39,301 nt of DNA from a virus. Both the position numbers and the translations under genes were made by a program. Below the pieces are notes generated by a model. The model did no database searches. It was not told the origin of the DNA and saw only the letters and a program-made list of their open reading frames with translations. Below are positions 32,845-39,301 of the stretch, piece after piece (the first letter of the stretch is position 1; the number at the start of each line of letters is the position of its first letter). The DNA is taken from positions 1 to 39,301 of IMG/VR virus record IMGVR_UViG_3300037163_000032; one strand, written 5' to 3'.

Positions 32845-34883
32845 ATTGCTGAGACGAAAGTTCCTGTTGATTTGACAGAGATAAGCATGTTGTGCCCATT
32901 CGTGAGAGTCATCGTTGTCCCTCCGTTATCATACCGAGTCCATCCGCTGGGTAATGTGATTGTGCGATTTGCTCCGTTGGCCCGCAGTTCATACGCCATT
33001 GCCCCGGTGCCAGAGACTCCGCTAAAAGTAAAATTCCCGCCCAAATCTCTGTTTTGATACACCGAATTGAACGAAACTGTCTCAGACCAGTCGCCGGACG
33101 TGCTTCCATTATCCATCGCAAAAGCTGAACCATGCAGTCCTGTCAACTGACTGGCGTCTCCCGTGTATGATCCAGAAATGTTGAAATTCCCTGCTGCTTG
33201 CCAGGTTCCAGCCAACCTATTATAATATATAGTCCATGTGTTGCCTTGGTAAAAATAAGACAAGTTTGTCGCATAAGTCGCGCTCGTGGAAAAGTTAGCG
33301 CTCCCAGAATAATCTGACCAATAAGCGTTCGTGGCGTAGGCCGCATTTGTTGCTACTGGTCCCGTCGCGCCCGTGGCCCCGGTGTTGCCTTGCGGTCCAA
33401 CCGGACCTTGTGGTATTGTGAAATCAATCACTGCCGATGTTGAAGTGCCGCTGTTGGTCACGGCAGCATTTGTCCCTGCCCCAACAGTTGTGACTGTTCC
33501 AACCGAGAACGTCGCGTTGGCGCCTGAGTCGCCTTTGATTCCCTGTGGAATCGAGAAATTGACGACGGCGGCCGAAGAGGAACCTGAGTTGCTCACAGTC
33601 GCGTTTGTGCCCGCTCCAACTGTTGACACTGTGCCGATCGCAATTGTTGCCGCGCTGCCCGTGGCCCCGGTCGCCCCGGTCGCCCCGGTATTCCCTTGTG
33701 GTCCTTGACTGCCAGTCGCCCCGGTCGCGCCTTGCGGCCCAGTCGCCCCGGTCGCTCCGGTGTCACCCTTGGCGCCTTGCGGACCCGTCGCTCCAGTGTT
33801 TCCTTGTATGCCTTGCGGCCCGACCGGGCCTTGCGGAAGCTTGATGTCAAGCACCGCCGCCGTTGCCGTGCCTGAGTTTGTCACAACCGCGTTCGTTCCA
33901 GCGCCTACTGTTGACACGTTGCCAATCGCAAATGTTGCGTTGGTTCCCGAGTCGCCTTTGGGGCCTTGCGCGCCTGTCGCGCCGGTTGCGCCCTGCGGGC
34001 CTTGGCTGCCCGTGTCGCCTTTCGCGCCGTTCGCACCCGAGTCGCCCTTGGGGCCTTGCGCTCCCGTCGCGCCTTGAGGACCTGTCGCTCCATTTGTGCC
34101 GTTGACTCCATTCGTGCCATTGACACCGGCAACGCCCTGGATGCCTTGCGGTCCCTGGCTTCCCGTGTCGCCTTTGGCCCCAGTCGCCCCGGTCGCGCCA
34201 GCAACACCCTGAATTCCCTGCGGCCCCTGAGCGCCGGTTGCGCCTGTTGCGCCTTGGGGTCCGGCCGCTCCATTTGTGCCGTTGACTCCATTCGTGCCAT
34301 TGACACCGGCAACGCCCTGGATGCCTTGCGGTCCCTGGCTTCCCGTGTCGCCTTTGGCCCCAGTCGCCCCGGTCGCGCCAGCAACACCCTGAATTCCCTG
34401 CGGCCCCTGAGCGCCGGTTGCGCCTGTTGCGCCTTGGGGTCCGGCCGCTCCGTTTGTGCCGTTGACTCCATTCGTGCCATTGACACCGGCAACGCCCTGC
34501 GGGCCTTGAGCGCCGGTTGCGCCCGCCGCCCCAGTGTTGCCTTGCGGGCCTTGAGCGCCGGTTGCTCCCACAGCTCCTTGCGGGATTGAGAATTGGAGTT
34601 TTAAAGACTTCGCATCACCAAGATTTGTGACGGCAGCATTCGTTCCGGGACCGACCGTGACCGTGTTGGTTACTGTTACCGTTATTGTGTTCGATACGCT
34701 GTTGATCTGCGCCACAATCGCCGCGTTTGTCTGCGCGAGTTGGTTTGTGGTCGCCAGCCCGTTTGCCGAGGCGAAGTTGGACGGCGCAACCGAGCGTAAT
34801 ACGTTGTTTGTTCCAACGGTGACGGTGATGCTCTGCGAGTATACGTTACAACAAAGCATTGCAAAGAGCAGTATATATTTCAT
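32826..34883 (-). CDS. Collagen-like (G-X-Y) fibre protein with a signal-like N-terminus (685 aa)
   Basis: [17 protein letters not shown] is followed by several blocks of GxY triplets ([25 protein letters not shown]...). These are interrupted by TVGAGTNA(A/V)VTNSG segments. The C-terminal domain is globular. Confidence 0.85.
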   Translation of the reverse strand: MKYILLFAMLCCNVYSQSITVTVGTNNVLRSVAPSNFASANGLATTNQLAQTNAAIVAQINSVSNTITVTVTNTVTVGPGTNAAVTNLGDAKSLKLQFSIPQGAVGATGAQGPQGNTGAAGATGAQGPQGVAGVNGTNGVNGTNGAAGPQGATGATGAQGPQGIQGVAGATGATGAKGDTGSQGPQGIQGVAGVNGTNGVNGTNGAAGPQGATGATGAQGPQGIQGVAGATGATGAKGDTGSQGPQGIQGVAGVNGTNGVNGTNGATGPQGATGAQGPKGDSGANGAKGDTGSQGPQGATGATGAQGPKGDSGTNATFAIGNVSTVGAGTNAVVTNSGTATAAVLDIKLPQGPVGPQGIQGNTGATGPQGAKGDTGATGATGPQGATGATGSQGPQGNTGATGATGATGSAATIAIGTVSTVGAGTNATVSNSGSSSAAVVNFSIPQGIKGDSGANATFSVGTVTTVGAGTNAAVTNSGTSTSAVIDFTIPQGPVGPQGNTGATGATGPVATNAAYATNAYWSDYSGSANFSTSATYATNLSYFYQGNTWTIYYNRLAGTWQAAGNFNISGSYTGDASQLTGLHGSAFAMDNGSTSGDWSETVSFNSVYQNRDLGGNFTFSGVSGTGAMAYELRANGANRTITLPSGWTRYDNGGTTMTLTNGHNMLISVKSTGTFVSAICKQSQ
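34086..34499. repeat. Perfect 180-bp tandem duplication plus a 54-bp partial third copy, inside the collagen region
   Basis: 34086-34265 is identical to 34266-34445. The partial copy at 34446-34499 differs at one base. Confidence 0.95.
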
Positions 34884-35494
34884 ATTTGTCCTATGTCTGA
34901 GAGCCTGGGCGCGGGATTCCCGTCCTCCCCTTCAATGATGTCGAGCTGATACCAAAGCGCATTTTTACTCCATTGGAACTGCAACGGGCGGGAAAACCGT
35001 ATAGCACTGCCCGTGTCGTAGATTGGGAGCACCCCAGGGGACGGCGCACCGCCGATACCTGACTCCAAGACGGTCACGGGGATTGAAGCGACTGGCGATG
35101 GCACGGCGTTTGAATCCACAATGAATACAACCAGCAACGCATCGAACCTGCCAATGCCGATCTCTGTTTGATATGGTAGCAGGTCGATTGCAGCGTTGAA
35201 CTTTGAAGAGTCAAGAGAATCCCAATCGCCTTGGGAAATCACGTTTATGGCTGGCGCATACCATGGGCCGGACAGGTAGGCTTCGGCGCATGGGTCGCTA
35301 GCCGACTTGAAGCCGATGCCAATTTGCGCGACGCCAGACAGGTCGCCTGCGATTGCTCCCGCGCTTAAAAGGCCGACCTCAAAGCGCACTTTGGAAGCTC
35401 GGTAGAACGCGATGCTCCTGCCAGTGAGGACGTTGGTGATTCCGTCGCCTACGCCGTCGATTGGTATTGCTATACGATGTCGCAGAACTACCAT
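34880..35494 (-). CDS. Hypothetical fibre-module protein (204 aa), paralogue of 35498-35956
   Basis: Blocks shared with its neighbour are [11 protein letters not shown] / VRIEIGLYSSG and [11 protein letters not shown] / AVIPVTVLSSG. Confidence 0.6.
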   Translation of the reverse strand: MVVLRHRIAIPIDGVGDGITNVLTGRSIAFYRASKVRFEVGLLSAGAIAGDLSGVAQIGIGFKSASDPCAEAYLSGPWYAPAINVISQGDWDSLDSSKFNAAIDLLPYQTEIGIGRFDALLVVFIVDSNAVPSPVASIPVTVLESGIGGAPSPGVLPIYDTGSAIRFSRPLQFQWSKNALWYQLDIIEGEDGNPAPRLSDIGQI

Positions 35495-35497
35495 TCG

Positions 35498-35956
35498 TCA
35501 CACACCTGAGCTTAGTACGGTCACGGGTATGACCGCAATGGGGTTGATGTTGCCCAATGCGTCTATAGTGTATACTACTAACGCGGCTTGAAACTTGTTC
35601 GCAATACCGATGTTGGTCTGCGCTTGCGAAAGCGTGAATGCAGCGTGGTAATTGGCCGGGTCGCCAGCGGTCCACTGTGGGTCTGTAAGGGTGTTTGTCG
35701 GAGCGGCTGGCGTCACGTTTGTTGCCAGCCAAGTTCCCAAAATAGCGGCGTCTTGAAACCCGCAAGCGATTGTTGACACTCCGGTGAAGTCTGCCAATAT
35801 AACTCCGCTGGAGTACAATCCGATCTCGATCCGCACAATAGACTTGCGGTAAATTGACGGCGGATTTGTCAACGTGTCGGCTCTGTTGTTGACCGTAGCG
35901 CCAGGGGACGTCAGGTCAATTTGAAGCCTCAGCCTGTTGGTTGGGATTTGTGACAT
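35498..35956 (-). CDS. Hypothetical fibre-module protein (152 aa), paralogue of 34880-35494
   Basis: See the shared blocks listed for 34880-35494. It lies 3 nt upstream of its paralogue. Confidence 0.6.
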   Translation of the reverse strand: MSQIPTNRLRLQIDLTSPGATVNNRADTLTNPPSIYRKSIVRIEIGLYSSGVILADFTGVSTIACGFQDAAILGTWLATNVTPAAPTNTLTDPQWTAGDPANYHAAFTLSQAQTNIGIANKFQAALVVYTIDALGNINPIAVIPVTVLSSGV

Positions 35957-35974
35957 TATATTAATTTCCAGTCG

Positions 35975-38137
35975 TCAAAATTTCATATTATCCTCAGCCC
36001 AGGAAGCTCGTAGAGGACTGGCGTATGGTCCAATCCTGTCAAACGGGATGTTGAAGAACCCGGTGGACATAGTAGGAGAGCCGTCTAACAGCCGATAATA
36101 GCTGTTGGTCGCACGCATGAAACGCGGGTCAGCAATGATTGAATTCCTGTCAGGTCCAATGCTTTGCCATGTCGACCACGCAATGGTTGTGCTTGTTCCA
36201 GACAGGGTCCTGCCAGCGATAATGTCAGTGCCGCCCGCATAGATTATGTTCTTGTCCCATTCGTTGTGTTCCGTGTCAGTATCGGTCAAATCATACAATT
36301 TGGCGGCAGTGTTAGTATATGACACAATATTGTGGGTGAATTCGTTGCTGGTCATTATCAAACCATTCGGAAGCACCACATCTTCCGGGCTAACTTGCAG
36401 CCCGCGAAACGACGCCCAAGCCTCCTGTCCCGTCATTATGCTGTAGTTTGACAAGAGTGTCGGCAATAGGGCGGACCAGCCTGCGGGATAGCCGTAAAAG
36501 CGCACTTCCTCGTTCCCAACGTCCAGGACGATATTGTTATTCGCGTGGCATTCCAACGCTCCGTTGAACATAATTCCAGCCAGGGAGCATCTATCTATGA
36601 CGTTACCAAGGACATCGACTCCCACGGATTGATTATCAATATACACCCCATAAGCCGCTTTTGGCGTTCCGCGAACGCCGCTTGAAAACCCATATCCAAG
36701 ACTCCCGTGGATATGGTTAAATTGTATAACGCTGCCTCTGGAACGAACCCAGTCTCCGCCTTCGGTGTAAATTGCCCCAGTATCGTCGGTTTCCAAATTC
36801 ACATCGTGAATATAGTTGTATTCAACTACGATATTATTTCCATCAAATCGGATTCCCGCGCGCGGACAACTGTAAATCAAGTTGTGGCTGGCCCGATGTC
36901 CAACCCCCTCCAAAAGAATGCCACTGCCACTTTTGGCAAAGACACCGGGTTGAAAAATTAAATTATTTTCCGCAACATTGTTGGCGCTGGTCAGATTGGT
37001 CCAGTTACCACCGTATATGGTTATCCCACCAGCGCCGGTTTTGGAAATGTCATTGCCATAAACCAAACTGTTTGTTGCATTGTAACAACTTACACCACTG
37101 CCGTTGAAATCTCCAACATTCGTGATTGTGTTGCCGATAATCTGGCAGCCAGTTGTGTAATATAGAAAAACCCCATGACCGACTGAACATTCCAATTGAA
37201 AGCCCTTAAAGACCACGTTGGAAGCTCCAAATCCCATCTCAACCACATATTGGGCTATTGGCGCATAAGCAAGATGTTGTCCATTCATGTTTTGTGGCCA
37301 CCAGTAAAGGGTCCATGTTGTTTTGTCCAAATACCACTCTCCAGGACTGTCCAACTCCTCGGCAACGTTCTGGATAAAATACCGATCACCTGGGCGTATC
37401 GCATAATCAGTGCTGTTACTCAACGTAATGAGACGGTTTACTGTGTCAATTGAAGCCACCGGAATTATGTTGTTCCACCAATTATATCTTGGAAAAATGA
37501 AGACCTCCGCCTCTTGCGGGTTGGCCCAACTGCGGACGTCGCCCACTTTGTATTTGAATTGGGTCATGCTATCGGTTGGAAGATCAATTCCCATGTTTGT
37601 CACCGTTCCATCCACATAGGACCAACCTGCACCGTATGGGTCGTTGGTGTCGAAATTCGGATAGCGGGCCAGGATTTGGCGCTGGCCTGACGAGATCAAT
37701 TGATGAAACGCTATTCCACTGTAACCATCCGCAGCAACGTCAGCTTTCAGAATCTGCCCCTTCCACGGGACAAAGTTGGTAATGGGCATACCTCCAATCA
37801 GGCAAGGGTGTTCCCCGACATACGCGCTGTAGGTGATCGGCGTGTTGGATGAGATTCCTGAGTCTTGTGAGAGAATGGAGAATGCGTTTGTTCGATAATA
37901 AGTGCCACCGCGAACATAGACTGTCGCTCCGTTGGTCAGCGGCGATTGTGCTTTTCTTGTGCGCAACTCAGTTCGTGCCCTCTCCAAGGTTGCAAAAGGA
38001 CCGTCTGTTGCGTTTTCATTTGGAGCAGCCAATGTCCCGCTCCAATTGTCATTACCATTGGTCGCAACATAGACCCGCACTTGAGCAGTGCAAATCCATG
38101 ATGACATAATCATCAGCAAAACAAACAACCTTCTCAT
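35975..38137 (-). CDS. Right-handed parallel beta-helix (pectate-lyase-fold) protein with a signal peptide, a candidate depolymerase/tailspike (720 aa from ATG 38137)
   Basis: MRRLFVLLMIMSSWICTAQ-VRVYVATNGNDNWSGT has a DUF1565-type start. PbH1-like turns recur (GNTITNVGDFNGSG, VYGNDISKTGAGGITIYGG, NNLIFQ, HNLIYS, YNYIHD, FNHIHG). The track start at 38266 overlaps the upstream gene by 122 nt. Confidence 0.8.
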   Translation of the reverse strand: MRRLFVLLMIMSSWICTAQVRVYVATNGNDNWSGTLAAPNENATDGPFATLERARTELRTRKAQSPLTNGATVYVRGGTYYRTNAFSILSQDSGISSNTPITYSAYVGEHPCLIGGMPITNFVPWKGQILKADVAADGYSGIAFHQLISSGQRQILARYPNFDTNDPYGAGWSYVDGTVTNMGIDLPTDSMTQFKYKVGDVRSWANPQEAEVFIFPRYNWWNNIIPVASIDTVNRLITLSNSTDYAIRPGDRYFIQNVAEELDSPGEWYLDKTTWTLYWWPQNMNGQHLAYAPIAQYVVEMGFGASNVVFKGFQLECSVGHGVFLYYTTGCQIIGNTITNVGDFNGSGVSCYNATNSLVYGNDISKTGAGGITIYGGNWTNLTSANNVAENNLIFQPGVFAKSGSGILLEGVGHRASHNLIYSCPRAGIRFDGNNIVVEYNYIHDVNLETDDTGAIYTEGGDWVRSRGSVIQFNHIHGSLGYGFSSGVRGTPKAAYGVYIDNQSVGVDVLGNVIDRCSLAGIMFNGALECHANNNIVLDVGNEEVRFYGYPAGWSALLPTLLSNYSIMTGQEAWASFRGLQVSPEDVVLPNGLIMTSNEFTHNIVSYTNTAAKLYDLTDTDTEHNEWDKNIIYAGGTDIIAGRTLSGTSTTIAWSTWQSIGPDRNSIIADPRFMRATNSYYRLLDGSPTMSTGFFNIPFDRIGPYASPLRASWAEDNMKF

Positions 38138-38144
38138 ATGCTGA

Positions 38145-39301
38145 TTATCTCTGCGTTCCGTACCCATCGTTGTAAAGGATTTTAACTTCATCGCCCGAGA
38201 TCGCTCGATTATAGACGCGCACATCGCTAATTTTCCCAGGGAAATACGATCCGGCATCACTTCCAATAGTAAAGGGTGTTGCGACGTTTCCTAATGCTCC
38301 ATTAGCGGAAACTGCATTGGAGGCGTCCCCATTGTTAAAGTAACTCTTCAAAGTTGTTCCATCATAAGTCATTGACACAAAACACCATTTGGCAGTTGTG
38401 GTGTCAGGTGCATAGACATATGAGTGGAATACTGTACCCGCAGAGTTCCGAAACCCAAATTCAAAACCCGTATTCTCCAGGCGATAAACATAGAAATCAG
38501 CCACGCTGCCATCTCGCATGCCAAGAATACTTTTGTAATAATCGTCAGCATTCGGTCTGATCCATGCGGTTAATGAAATCCCGCTTGCGCTGCTAAGCAT
38601 GTTTGCCGTCAAGGGTGTGGTAACAGTTGTGTTCTGCCCATCGAATACGCCCACGTATCCTCCCCTCCCAGCCGAGTAATAACCGGATTCGCCCGTGGCA
38701 TTGCCGGACCATGTTCCATTCCTACTAAAAATGCTAGAATCTATAGAATTAGAACCGCTGCCTTCATTGAGTTTCCACCAGCCGAACAGTCCAGGAACAC
38801 TCCCCCATCCGGTTAGATAAGAAATGTAATTGGAAAGCGTCGTCAGCGAATTGGCAGTGGCCGCGTTGGTCTGGACAATAGCATTGCTCAAAGCAAGATT
38901 GGTCAAGCCCAGAGCGGTGAGCAGCAAATTGGACGCGCTTCCAATCTGCGATTGCAATGCCGCGTTGGTCTGGATGATGGCGTTGCTCAACACCGTATCC
39001 TGGATATTAGTTAGCCCTCTTCCATTCCCAGCCAATTCTGCAAAATAGTTCTGAGTCGAATCTGCTCTAAGGTTCCAAACACTTCCATCGTCAATGGCGT
39101 TATAGGTTGTTCCATTGACTGTCACATTGTTAAGGTGGATGGTTCCGTTAGTGGCGTGCCACTCGTTGGCGTAACAATATAGGGTGTTGGTGTTGTTTAT
39201 GCTGCAATTTTGAAGATAGATGTTCGTAAATGTCCCAGGAAGTGAAGATGCATATACAGAAAGGAACTGAACGAATCTTTGGTCAGAGTGGATGTCCGAG
39301 A
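38145..39301 (-). CDS. Tail fibre / tailspike-like protein, C-terminal 376 aa of the junction-spanning gene (see 1-1383). It ends in a LamG domain.
   Basis: The frame is open from 39275 to the stop at 38145; the track's apparent start at 39125 is an internal GTG. Contains SNAI(V/I)QTNAA repeats and then a LamG domain (WWKLNEGSGSNSIDSS, ISLTAWIRPN, FVSMTYDGTTLKSYFNG, FPGKISDVRVYNRAISGDEVKILY). Confidence 0.85.
   Translation of the reverse strand, partial: SDIHSDQRFVQFLSVYASSLPGTFTNIYLQNCSINNTNTLYCYANEWHATNGTIHLNNVTVNGTTYNAIDDGSVWNLRADSTQNYFAELAGNGRGLTNIQDTVLSNAIIQTNAALQSQIGSASNLLLTALGLTNLALSNAIVQTNAATANSLTTLSNYISYLTGWGSVPGLFGWWKLNEGSGSNSIDSSIFSRNGTWSGNATGESGYYSAGRGGYVGVFDGQNTTVTTPLTANMLSSASGISLTAWIRPNADDYYKSILGMRDGSVADFYVYRLENTGFEFGFRNSAGTVFHSYVYAPDTTTAKWCFVSMTYDGTTLKSYFNNGDASNAVSANGALGNVATPFTIGSDAGSYFPGKISDVRVYNRAISGDEVKILYNDGYGTQR
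39276..39301. repeat. Terminal direct repeat, copy 2 (identical to 1-26)
   Basis: Exact 26/26 match to the window start. Confidence 0.9.

Noticed and set aside
35975-38266. The ORF track gives longer N-terminal extensions for several genes: starts at 38266, 23354, 8585, 9449, 11017, 3694, 16211, 17939, 17235 and 31629.
   Set aside because: Each extension overlaps the upstream gene by 40-160 nt or runs through a hairpin or repeat. Some start with GTG or TTG. An internal ATG gives an ATGA or TAATG junction or a sensible signal peptide.
1-39301. I looked for a lysogeny module (integrase, CI-like repressor, excisionase) or a plasmid-prophage partition system.
   Set aside because: No tyrosine or serine recombinase-like ORF, divergent repressor gene or ParA was recognisable. 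The ParB-like protein alone is not evidence for partitioning. The lifestyle remains undetermined from sequence reading alone.

Overview
The window is one complete, circularly closed tailed-phage genome. The first and last 26 bp are identical, so the unique length is about 39,275 bp. All of the roughly 50 credible genes lie on the minus strand. They are tightly packed, with at least 15 ATGA stop/start overlaps, and most starts have no Shine-Dalgarno sequence.

In transcription order (descending coordinates) the genome reads as follows:
- **Early region, 31.6 to 20.6 kb:** RHH regulator, hexapeptide-repeat protein, RecT/Redbeta-like annealase, ParB-like protein, Zn-ribbon repeat protein, PD-(D/E)XK exonuclease, VRR-NUC nuclease, replication organiser, DnaB, and an HTH protein.
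- **Lambda-type packaging and head module, 20.4 to 11.0 kb:** Nu1-like TerS, GpA-type TerL, gpW-like protein, portal, S49 protease, scaffold and major capsid protein.
- **Membrane/peptidase module, 11.0 to 8.8 kb:** lipoprotein, Cys-rich TM peptide, papain-like peptidase, DUF1353 protein and two small TM proteins.
- **Neck and tail module, 8.8 to 1.4 kb:** includes the tape measure protein.
- **Fibre module:** it runs across the window junction (1383 to 1, then 39275 to 31924) and holds beta-helix, LamG and collagen-like proteins.

I recognised no integrase, CI-type repressor, tRNA, CRISPR array or reverse transcriptase.

The observations most worth a second look are:
- A self-contained A+T-rich moron lies between terL and gpW. 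It has three tiny ORFs plus an HTH gene, with its own candidate promoter/operator and a clear terminator. This is an acr-aca-like anti-defence candidate.
- A 42-bp and a 26-bp conserved element sit just upstream of start codons.
- Several fibre proteins begin with Sec-signal-like N-termini.
- A possible non-canonical lysis module sits inside the virion gene block.
- Four unrelated genes carry long in-frame tandem repeats. One set sits in the replication-initiator gene and could be origin iterons.

All functional calls come from reading motifs by eye and from gene order. No database search was run.
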